A stretch of 64,000 nt of DNA from Octopus sinensis (Eukaryota), in contig NC_043003.1 in assembly GCF_006345805.1 (NCBI RefSeq), positions 91,326,001 through 91,390,000 of the forward strand, in the 5' to 3' direction. Position numbers and translations under genes: made by a program. The notes beneath the pieces are model-generated. The model saw only the letters and a list, made by a program, of their open reading frames with translations. It had not been told where the DNA came from and ran no database searches. Shown piece after piece: positions 34,357-45,879 of the stretch. Numbering within the stretch: position 1 is the first letter of the stretch; every line of letters begins with the position of its first letter.

Positions 34357-34615
34357 TTGCAGTGTGGAAGGTGTTTGTAAGCCATTTAAGAAACACACAA
34401 AAACCGTTACATTCACTTCAACATTTAAATTTAATTTGCCAAAATATTTTCGTCGCTTTGAGACCGCGACCTGTTCACTGACAAAAATATCGTGCTAACA
34501 AGTCGCGGTCTCAAAGCGACGAAAATATTTTGACAAATTAAATTTAAATGTTGAAGTGAATCTAACGGTTTTTGTGTGTTTCTTAAATGGCTTATAAACA
34601 CCTTCAACGCTGCAA
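34357..34615. repeat. Long near-perfect palindrome (about 120 bp arms, 20 bp spacer)
   Basis: 34357-34476 is the reverse complement of 34497-34615 with about 7 mismatches. Confidence 0.9.
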
Positions 34616-34683
34616 CTGTTTTCGTTCCAGCACACGATCTCAGATCAAGTCACTTGCTATGCAAGTACATCTCTGTAACTATA

Positions 34684-34723
<40 letters not shown>

Positions 34724-35177
34724 TGGTAAAAACAGTAAGATAACAAAAGAAAGAAAGAGACCTCAATATTATGTAAATAGAGGAAATCTTTATATATAAA
34801 AGTGAGGTTGTGTGTCTGTCTCCTACGATTTAGATTCCTAACTACTCCCACATTTTGCGGTTCAGTTTAACCAAAACCGGGTATCTTATAGTCGTGATTC
34901 ATATCGAGACCGTCTGGGTATTAGCGCGCGTCTACGATGAGTCTACGATTTAAAAAAATTACCATCAATTTTTCCCATTGTTAATCCATTTTTGACATAT
35001 ATAAGGGAAGTAACTCTCTAAAATTTATTATTAAATCTCAGAACGTAAAAAGCTACAGTAACACCCCTCCCCCTTTGTGGTTAGCCATATTGAGATGGCT
35101 ATTATACTTTACATCTCTAAAAATGCTTATATAATTATTTCCCTTACAACCCGAGCAACGCCGGGCGATACTGCTAG

Positions 35178-35213
<36 letters not shown>

Positions 35214-35222
35214 TATATATAT

Positions 35223-35278
<56 letters not shown>

Positions 35279-35293
35279 TATATATATACACAC

Positions 35294-35328
<35 letters not shown>

Positions 35329-35519
35329 TATATATATACACACACATATATATATATATATATATACACATATATATATACACACATATATATATTATAT
35401 ATATATAATATATACACACACATATATATATACACATATATAATATATATATATATATATACATACACACATATATATATATACACATATATATATTATA
35501 TATACACATATATATATAT

Positions 35520-35605
<86 letters not shown>

Positions 35606-35773
35606 ATATTATATATATATATATATTATATATATACATATATATATATACACACACATATATATATACACACACACACACATATATATATATATACACA
35701 TATATATATATATACACATATATATATATACACATATATATATATACATATATATATACACACGCACACACAC

Positions 35774-35804
<31 letters not shown>

Positions 35805-35902
35805 ATAATATACACACACATATATATATATATACACACATATATATATATACACAACATATATATATATACACATATATATATACATACATATATATAT
35901 AT

Positions 35903-35940
<38 letters not shown>

Positions 35941-36048
35941 TATATATATATACACACACATATATATATATACACACACACATATATATATATATACACA
36001 TATATATATATATAGATATATATACACGCATATATATATATATATACA

Positions 36049-36098
<50 letters not shown>

Positions 36099-36121
36099 AC
36101 ACACACACACATATATATATA

Positions 36122-36166
<45 letters not shown>
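35178..36166. repeat. About 1 kb (TA)n/(CA)n compound microsatellite ending in (GA)n
   Basis: Direct reading. Confidence 0.95.
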
Positions 36167-36169
<3 letters not shown>

Positions 36170-36379
36170 ATTAAGAAATGGAGTTAAATGCAGGTATTAT
36201 TCAAATCTTAATACTTCCGACACATGTTTTGAAGAAAACATTGATATTATTCCAGAGGGAAAAAATTGATGTAAAACAATCCAATCATCTCATCAGGAAA
36301 AAAAAAAGAGAAACAAAACACACCAATAAGCCATTTTAACCGAATGTATATGGTGTATTCCTCCATTTTCTTATTTTGT

Positions 36380-37200
36380 ATATATATATATAAAACTCAA
36401 CTTGTGTGTCTGTGTGTGTATCTGTGTGTGTGTATGTGTGTTTAACTTCCCAGCACATCTCCTCCTAGCCAACAAATCATAGAACCACCAAAAATGGGTC
36501 ACTTAAAGTTTAGGCAAATGAAAATTGAACTGCGCTATTTCTGTTCCGAAATTCAGTGCAAAAATCGATAATGTGTTTGTTTAAGTCTTATCCCATGCAT
36601 TGACTAGTGAACTTTACTCAGTCAGCTGTTTGACGTGAACTGTGTTCACCACACATGCAAGCATGCATAAATTGCATGAAAAATAAAAAATGAAGATATA
36701 AAAGCGAATTGCCATAAACATTGTAGAAATTCAGCAAAGAAATGAATTTTCGGGATGTAGCCTGGAGGGTTTTTTCTTATTAATCGTTTGGACTTTGTGA
36801 ACACATACCAATTGTTTTCATAACATTTTTAACGCTTTGAATTAAATGTGACCATTTTGCGTTGAGTCTGCAGTTTGAATCACTTTAACCAAATTTTAGC
36901 AGGCCGGATTTTTGATCATCACGATACATTGCCAGCGACTCCCTGAAACTCTCCCCTGAAATCCCCGTTGAGAAATACTGATCTAAAAGAATAATTCAAC
37001 AATGCAATTATTTGATCAACAAAAATTTATGAAACGCTTCTACATACTTCCTATTGAAGAAATGGAACACATAAGCGCAAAAATAGAGGGCATTAAATGC
37101 TTGATTTTAAAACCAAAATAATTGAATTTTGATTGAACTTCATCCAAGTTTAGCTTAATTCGCGCGTGCATAAAACGCACGAGCCGGGCAATACTGCTAG
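36380..37200 (+). mobile_element. Non-autonomous Helitron
   Basis: tatatataaaact..(GT)n head; 3' hairpin CGTGCATAAAACGCACG, then GCCGGGCAATACTGCTAG|t. Confidence 0.65.
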
Positions 37201-37263
37201 TATATATATATGCATATTATATATATATATATGCATACATTATATATGTTATTTTCTATACGC

Positions 37264-37313
<50 letters not shown>

Positions 37314-37504
37314 TATTTAGCATTTTTAAATAGGATTCTTGAAGATCTAAGGTGATTGAAAGATGCATTGATTTGAAACATAGTGCAGAGTACAAGAGAC
37401 AAAGCATTAATTTTGATACTCTGAAAACTCTAAACTACTCTAGCAATTATTGATTTCATGAATTTAGATATGTAATTATCATCATCATCATTACCAATGT
37501 TATT

Positions 37505-39097
37505 AGGACTGTGATCAGGAAGAAGTTTTTGGAGCATTAGGAAAATACCTTGAGGTATTTGTCTGGGGTCTTTGCATTCTGAATTCAAATCTGCTTTGCA
37601 TTTCATCCTTTTTATATCAACAAAATAAACTATCAAATATTGGGGGGATCAGGGGGAGGGCTTCAGTGGTATGAACAAACAACCCCTCCCTACCTACACA
37701 CTCAAAATATTATTTAGCAGCATTTCATCTGTCTGTACATTCTGTGTTCAAATTCCACCCAAGTCAGCTTTGTCTTTCATCCTTTCAGGGTTGATAAAAT
37801 AAGTACCAGTTGAGCACTAAGGTTGATATAATTGACGAGCCCCCGCCCTAAAAATTTCAGGCCTTGTGCCTTTAGCAGAAAGGATTATTATTATTATTAA
37901 GGTGGCAAGCTAGCAGAATCATTAGCACATAATGCGTAACAACATTTCTTCCAGCTCTTTACATTCTGAGTTCAAATACTACCATCGTCGACTTTTCCTT
38001 TCACTCTTTCAGTGTTGATAAAATAAGTAGCAGTTGGTGGAGTTAATGTAATTGACTCTCCTGCTCCCAAAGAGTTTCAGGCCCGTGCCCTATAACAGAA
38101 AGGGAAAAATAGTGAGCTGGCAGAATAAACTAGCACACTGGCCAGCAGTATTTCTTCCAGCTTTTTGCTCTGATTTCAAATACTGCTATGGTCAACTTTG
38201 CCTCTTGCCCTTTAAGGGTCAATACATTAAGTACAAGTCAAGTACTGGGATTTATATGATCAAATAGACCCTCCACTCAAGCTTTTAGGCATTGTGTCTA
38301 AAATAGAAAGAATCATTATTCTTTTTTTTTTTTTAAGGTAGCAAGCCACCAGAACCATTGGCATGCCAGGCAAAATGTTTAGCAGAATTTCATCTATCTT
38401 TATGTTCTGAATTCATATTTCACCAAGGTCGACTTTGTCTTTCATCTTTTTGGGGTTGATAAAATATGTAGTAGTTGAGCACTGGAGTTGATGTAATCAA
38501 CTAGCCCCCTCCACAAAAATTTCAGACCTTGTGCCTATAGTAGAAAGGATTATTATTATTATTATTATTATTATTAAGGTGGTGAGCTGGCAGAATTGCT
38601 AGCACACCAGGCAAAATGCTTAGCAATATTTCACCCATCACTATGTTCTGAGATCAAATTGCAGTCAACTTTGCTTTTCCTCCTTTCGGGGTTGATAAAT
38701 TAAGTACCAGATGAATACTGGGGTCGATGTAATTGACTAGTTCCCTCCACCGAAATTTCTGGCCTTGTGCCTTTAGTAGAAAGGATTATTGTTATTATTA
38801 AGGTGGTGAGGTGGCTGAATTGTTAGCATGCTGGACAAAATGCTTAGTGGCATTTCATCTGTCTACTTGTTCTGGGTCAAAATTCCATTAAGGTCAACTT
38901 TGCCTTTCATCCCTTTCAGGTGTCAATAAATTAAGTACCAGTGAAACAATGGGGTCGATGTAATCGACTAGTCTCCTCCCCCAGAATTTTGAGCCTTTTG
39001 CCTATAGTAGAAAGGATTATTATTATCATTATTATTATTATTATTACTATTATTATTATTATTATTATTATTATCATTATTATTATTATTATTATTG
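37505..39097 (+). repeat. Head-to-tail tandem array of about 7 tRNA-derived SINE (family B) copies separated by (ATT)n
   Basis: Units of about 200-240 bp starting near 37505, 37710, 37900, 38112, 38337, 38578 and 38802: ggtggtgagctggcagaat...gttcaaatt...tttcatcctttcggggttgataaa.taagtacc...gccttgtgccta.agtagaaaggattattatt. Confidence 0.85.
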
Positions 39098-39847
39098 CAG
39101 TGTTTTGTGAAATGCAGAAAAGGATGCATAATTGCTTTTTTATACTTACTGTTTCGATTGCAGCCATCAGTCCTATTGTGTGTCGCCAACATTTCCTACT
39201 TGTTGCTTCAATGGAAGTAAATCACTGATTTAAACTAGACCAAACCAGTAATGATTAATTTATGCAAGCATTACCCTTCCTTGTCTCCTTCATAAAAATT
39301 TCCCCCAAAACTCTAAGGTAATTAGATTACTAAGGGGTATATTATTATTATTATTAAGTCTTTCTTTGTATCTTTTTGTTTTCGTGGTTTTTCTTTTTTT
39401 CTTCTTTGACGCCGGTAAGTAACATTATCAGCCCAATCATTTCATTGAAATAGGTTGTATAGATGCGTCAACAATTTGTTGAGAAGGAGATAATGTAAAT
39501 TAATCTATAACCAAATCAGGTATATACGTGACATGTAGTTGTTTTTTGCTGTTGTTGTTATTTTTGTCATGAAGCAAAACTGAAGGTTTTAAGAATTAAT
39601 TAACATAATTAAGTTGCTATCAGGAAAGAAAAAAATAAGTAAAAATAAAATAAAGCTATTCTCCTTTCAAGATTTTGCAAACAACATTACTAAAAGTAAA
39701 AAATAATAATGCATAGGCTGAGTTTTTATTAAATTATTATATTTTGGAATATGTAATGTCAAAGGTCATCTAGATATGCAGAGAGGAGGTTCTCAAAAAA
39801 AAGTAGCACTTTGATTTAGCTACAGAGTTGCTACATTCATTGTTGTT

Positions 39848-40030
39848 TGGTGGTGGTGGTGGTGGCGGTGGCGGTGGTGGTGGCGGCGGCGGCGGCGGTG
39901 GTGGCGATGGTGGTGGCAACGGTGGTGGCGGCTGTGGCGATGGTGGTGGTGGTTGTGGCAGTGGTGGTGGTGGTGGTGGTGGTGGTGGTGGTGATGGCTG
40001 TAGTGGCAGTGGTGATGGTGGCGGTGACAG
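39848..40030. repeat. (GGT/GGC)n trinucleotide repeat
   Basis: Direct reading. Confidence 0.9.
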
Positions 40031-40269
40031 CCATGACAATGATATGGTTGCTGGTTTGTTCAGCCCCATTGGTCATTCTGACCTGTATGTAATAAAAGGA
40101 GTGGGCAATAGAAAAAAAATGACCCACAAATTCATTGAGCTTAGATTTTGATCCCTTTTTGCACTGATCATACTATATCTTTTATTTCTTATTGAAATAT
40201 GGTTGTTGTACAATATCTAGAAGTAGTTTTTGTAGGGACTTAATTCTGTGCAATTAAGGCAAGCAAAAG

Positions 40270-40645
40270 CTACACAAGCTCAGGTGCAATATGAAAAAGG
40301 GAGAAAAGGAGGGGACAGAAAGCAGCAATGAGTCAAGTGAAGAAAGATAACAATGATAGGCAGGAGTACATACATAATACACACAATAAAACAGAAAAAG
40401 TGACAGAAAAGTGAACAGTAAAAAAGCCATAAAGAGGGGAAGGGCGTATAAAGTATGTCAGGAGTAGTTCTGGTGAAATGGAGTGGGGCACGGAATTTTT
40501 GAAGGAGGCAGAGTTTTGACAACTAATAACTAATGTAGATAATTTATTCCATGCTTTAACAACTCTGAGTATGAAAAAGTGTTTCTCAAAGCTGAGGTGT
40601 TTTTTTAATAATTTTATAAGTGTTCCATGAGTAGAGTGGTAGACA
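40270..40645 (-). mobile_element. CR1-like 3' end remnant
   Basis: KHFFILRVVKAWNKL..VISCQNSASFK, homologous to the element at 18050-18300. Confidence 0.7.
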
Positions 40646-40882
40646 TTTTGGCACAAACTCAGCAATTTTGTGGGAGGGAGGATGTCAATTACATCAACCC
40701 CACTGCTCAGTTGGTGCTTATTTTATCGACCCCCAAAAGGATGAAGGCAGAGTCAACACCAGATGTGTTTGAATTCAGAAATAAAGACAGATGAAATGCT
40801 ACAGTTCTATATTTAAGAGATGAGGAATTATGTACATTATTTACATTATTTATATTTGATGGCTATTTGTCCCCATCTTGTT

Positions 40883-40926
40883 AACACAAAGTTTCAGCTG
40901 ATACCCTCCAGCCTTCATCAGGTGTC
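40883..40926 (-). ncRNA. Minimal hammerhead ribozyme motif (Penelope-like element associated)
   Basis: GACAC-CTGATGA-a-GGCTG..CAGCT-GAAAC-ttt-GTGTT. Confidence 0.6.
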
Positions 40927-41512
40927 TTGGGGAAATTTTGAACTTGGGTTCTCATTCCTAAAGTATTTATTAATGTTATTATTGAGTGAGAGAGCAGTTC
41001 ATGCCATCAAAGTGACACTGGGGTAAAATATACGAAGCCCAATATACCCATCATGACTACCCGTCTGATAAAGGTACACCAGGCACATGCATCACAACCA
41101 TATGTGCGCGACATGGTGATCTCATATCAAGATAAACAGCACATGACCTTGCAGGTGGGGCCCAGTTAGAATTTTCTTCAGGTTGAGTAGCCCATCCCGC
41201 TCAAACGGTCCCTGAATAAGGGTTGTTTAAGGATGTTGAAAGAACCACCCATGTTTCCAGAGGTGAATTATTCAAACCCCAAAGAATCCCTCTCAACACA
41301 TGGCTATGATGCTCCCCCACTACTTCTGCTTGTGATCAGAGATGCACATATCGTCAGCCACTAAGGGACATGCTCAACTGGTTACGGTCAAACAACTGGC
41401 AAGCAAATCTGTGGTATTGAGCAGAATATTTGCTGTAGCCCATCTTTTATACCAAGACAAAACAATGTACATATGTTATTATTATTATTATTAATATTAT
41501 TATTATTATTAC

Positions 41513-41563
<51 letters not shown>

Positions 41564-41845
41564 AAAAAATAAAGTAGACTGACATGTAATATTTGAACCT
41601 GTGGAAAGCACACTAGATGTTCAACAAATTTCACATTATATGGCACTCTTCTATTTATTTGTGTATAACTTCTGGATGTGTTACCTCGGTCCTATATAGT
41701 CTTAAAAAATAAAGTAGACTGACATGTAATATTTGAACCTGTGGAAGGCAACGCTAGATGCCGAAATATCGTTCAACCAATTTCACATGATATGGCCCTC
41801 TTCTATTTATTTATTTATTTATTTATTTATTTATTATTATTATTA

Positions 41846-41902
<57 letters not shown>

Positions 41903-41969
41903 TCACTGCCTGGAATTGAACCACTGTGTCATATGCCCATGTACAATTAAGGAGTGAATTTAGGGCTTA

Positions 41970-42140
41970 TAAATCTAATCTTTTCCTATCCTTCCTTAAT
42001 ACCAGTTCCCATATGCTGTTCATATCTGCACTTGGTCTGCTTAGGAGGTTGCTGCTTCTTTTAGTTTTCGTATTTTCCAGTGGTATTCTCTGTCTATTAT
42101 TTTAACGTCATCCCACAGGGGGAGGTGGTCTCCATTTTTT
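41970..42140 (-). mobile_element. Penelope-like element GIY-YIG endonuclease C-terminal remnant
   Basis: HLPLWDDVKIIDREYHWKIRKLKEAA resembles the PLE motif H...W..VKIL..E.....R...EA. Confidence 0.65.
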
Positions 42141-45129
42141 TTTCCCCCAAGACACCTAGATGAAATACTGCTAGCATTTTGTCTAGCACAGTAATAATTC
42201 TGCCAGTTTCCCACCTTATGAATAGTAGAAATATTGAATTCAAAAAGATGGTCAAAGCTTCTACAAGCTTCTATCAAATCAGCTGCTAGATGTGAAAGTT
42301 TTAATGCCTTGATGGAAGACATTCATCTGGTTGATAAACACGAGATCACTGTGGAATTTCAAGTAAACAGATAAGGAACCAAATGTAAAAGATGGCAAGA
42401 CTTCTGCCCATCCCCCCTCCCCTCAAAAAAACAACCCTTTTTCTAAAAAAATTTTTTTTTGGCTACAGGGAATATGAATTTGCCAAAAAATTGGCAAAAA
42501 TTATCATTTTGAAATTACCACCCCCTCACTCCTATTTCCTTCATTTTCTACCTTTTTTCAGTAATTTTTTTTTCAAAATATTTGAAAAAATACAAAGATT
42601 ATGATTCTGAAAAAATTTCCTAAAAGTTTTGTAAAATTTCACAATGCCAATTTTTGGCAATTTCTGGAACAGCTGTATCTGAAAACAGGGTTTTTTGGCA
42701 AAAAAATAAATAAATAAACAAATTTGGGAGAAGTCTTTCTTAAAAGATTAATTAGAGAAAAAAAAATACAGCTGAAATGAAGTCCATGAGCTTTCTCAGA
42801 TTGCTCACACAGAGTAAAAGATAACTTCTCTAACCAAGGTGGCCTAATTAGTATTAGAGGTGATTATATGGGAAAATGTAGAGTAGCTAGATTAAGAGAA
42901 ACCTGTAAGAAGTTAAGGGAAGTGTTGTACATGTGAGAAGTATTGAGTTGCATGGCAGTGAGGCACAGGCATTGATTGTGAAACTTCCAACAAATTTCGA
43001 GAGAAGTAAACTGAATGATGATATATTCAATACGGAAGATACATTTTCCTGGAAGCTGGAGTGCAAGTGAGATGAGGGAATGGCAGGATGTTAAAGAGTA
43101 GGGGAGGCAACTGTACTGATATGAACACAGATTCTAGTAAGGTGAAACAAAATTGCTTTCAAGCTCCATCTAGAAAGGAGGTAAGGCTTCCTCCCCTATA
43201 AGAAATTTATGGGGCCACATATTGGGCACCTCCAGATCTCTCCTTGAAGGTGCATGACATAGTAGTTATGGCATTCAGCTCACTGTCATAAGGTTGTGAG
43301 TTCAATTCCTGGCAGTGTGTTGTATTGCTTGAGCAAGACACTTTATTTCACGTTGCTCCAATCCACTCAGCTGGGGAAAATGTGTTGTACCAGTAATTCA
43401 GCCTTGTCACAATCAGTATGTCATGCGGAATCTCCCTGCAAACTACATTAAAGGTATGCATGTCTGTGGAGTGCTCAGCCACTTGCATGTTAATTTCATG
43501 AACAGGCTCTTATGTTCATTGGATCAGCCAAACCCTCATCATTGTAACCAACAGCATGCCAATGTGTTTTCAAGGCCTTTCCTTGAAATTTCTGGTGCCC
43601 GCACTGAGGCATCAGGCTAAATTCCTTTAATTAAGGTTCTGTGGGTAAGAAATGCAGGGTAAAAAAACAGACATGTACTGGTGGTAGAACAGATTAATAC
43701 ATGAGGCAGATGAGAAATGTGCAAAGAATGTAATAAGATCAAGATAAGCATTTGGATCATGCAGAGATACAGGATGATGGAAGCTCAAGAGAAGTGATGG
43801 ACTGATGGCTGGATGATAGGCAGTGTGTGTGTGTGTGAGTTTGTGTAACTATATATTATATATGTGTGCATATGTATACACACATACATATGTACATGCA
43901 CACACTCACTCTCACACACAAACACACACACACATAACAGCTATGATGTTAAGATGTTGATCTACTGACAACACAATCATAAATTCAGGTTTTACCCCTA
44001 TTATTTTATTTTGTCTCTGAGCAACTCACCACAACATCAAACTCTACTTTCTTTTCCTGGTTACACTAAAAAAACAAAATCCTAACTGCTATCATTTGAG
44101 AAGTTTGAGAAATGGGTTCAAAATACTTATTTATCAAAGAGAAAGAAGAAATAAAAACATGAATTTTTCTTCTCCATGACAAACAGTATTACCTGAAATG
44201 TCACATCCACCCCCATTTTTTTCCTTTGAGCATTTCAAACTTCATTGTATACTTCTTTGTTGTTTGTTTGTATTTTTTTTGGTTTTTGTTTTTTTGCTGT
44301 ATATTTCTACACGTTTTTAGTCCTGCACTTTCACTTACCTCATTCTATATGATATCTTTTTGCTTTTCTTTCTTTGCCTCAAATTTTACTCATATTATGA
44401 GAGTGTTTTTCTTTTTCTTTTTACCTAGACATTTGACCTCTGTAATATAATGCTATAAAGTGTTCCTCTGAGGATCTGGTGTGATTCTGCATCCAATTGC
44501 ACTTGGAACATCCAATGCAAATTTCCAGTGAAAAGTATGGAAGGAACAAATGATATGAACTTATGTTAATTATAATATCTCCCACATTTGCTCTGTGTCT
44601 CATAACAAGTATTACTGCTGAGTAATTTAAGCACCATAGTGAAAGCAGACTAGATGACAATAATTCACATAGGGCTCTAAACTTAATAGCAGCAGCTGTA
44701 CATTTAACTGTATACACAACATAAACTATATATATATATATATTATTATTATTATTTTGCTCAAGTCACTCTCTTTATTTATATATTAATCAAAGTGTGC
44801 AGAATTATTTATCCATATAGCCAATCTTACCAATTAGTTTCACCCTGGGCATTAAACTGGAAGTTAGATAACAGCATAGTTAACTAACATCATCTGTTCA
44901 TCAGAGCTAGCAAGTCTGGAAAAAAAAATATGGCGACTACTCTCCGTTATGAGATATGAAAAACATATTATAAACAAGAACCCAACAGAAGCTTTTACCA
45001 AAACACACACAAACACAAACAAGTATACACCCTAACATAGACTTAAATGTTTGGACCCCTGCCCAACATCCCCATACTCCAGTCTCCACCCAGAATACCC
45101 TATACATATATATTTCTTTACTACCCACA

Positions 45130-45335
45130 AGGGGCTAAACGCAGAGGGGACAAACAAGGACAGACAAGGGGATTAAGTCGATTATATCGACCCCAGTGTG
45201 TAACTGGTACTTAATTCATCGACCCCGAAAGGATGAAAGGCAAAGTCGACCTCGGCGGAATTTGAACTCAGAATGTAACGGCAGACGAAAAGCCGATAAG
45301 CATTTCAGCCGACGTGCCAACGATTCTGCCACCTT
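45130..45335 (-). mobile_element. Young tRNA-derived SINE (family B)
   Basis: CpG-intact copy: ttctgagttcaaattccgccgaggtcgactttgcctttcatcctttcggggtcgat... Confidence 0.8.
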
Positions 45336-45762
45336 TACAGTCTATACAAATATCAACTCCTAACCATTCGAAACATTTTCAGAAAATTTAAGTAGTCTTC
45401 ACATCTCAGAGGTTTTTTTTTTTTTGGAGAGTGGACAAAGGGAGATAACTTTTGATGTAACCTTTCTTCAGGTCACTTCATCTTTTTCCACAGCACCCAC
45501 CAACTGGATGTTTTTTTTTGTACCCAATAATGGAGAGCAGTCGCCATATATTTTTTTTTAAACCTGTTACCTCTGACGAACACATGATAATACTTAACCA
45601 TGTTGTTATCAAACATCTGGTTTTATACCTAGTGCAAAACCCATGAGTAATATCAACTGTAATGAAAATATAATACTGTATATTGATTAATATACCCACT
45701 CTATTGACAAATATATTAGTACATATTTCTTCTGACTTATGGATTCTTAGAAGACACGCACC

Positions 45763-45798
<36 letters not shown>

Positions 45799-45879
45799 AA
45801 CACACACAAACACACACACACACGCACACACACCTTATGACATCTGACGTGGCTTTTTAAACAAGACAATATATTGAAA

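Larger units (their letters stand above)
33217..35177 (+). mobile_element. Non-autonomous Helitron, composite unit 2 (head-to-tail with unit 1)
   Basis: Repeats the roughly 265 bp head of 31620; ends with module 34787-35177 homologous to 32822-33216, same hairpin and CTAG|t. Confidence 0.7.

Noticed and set aside
35053-36112. Many Y/I/H/T/C/V-rich ORFs (also at 31.2-31.6, 51.5-52.0 and 59.5-60.1 kb)
   Set aside because: Translations of (TA)n/(CA)n microsatellites.
39770-40151. Gly-rich, Pro-rich and Thr-rich ORFs
   Set aside because: By-products of a (GGT/GGC)n microsatellite open in several frames; no splice or protein-family evidence.
44425-44710. Possible non-coding upstream exon of the GPCR
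   Set aside because: Plausible AG/GT flanks only; cannot be supported without transcripts.
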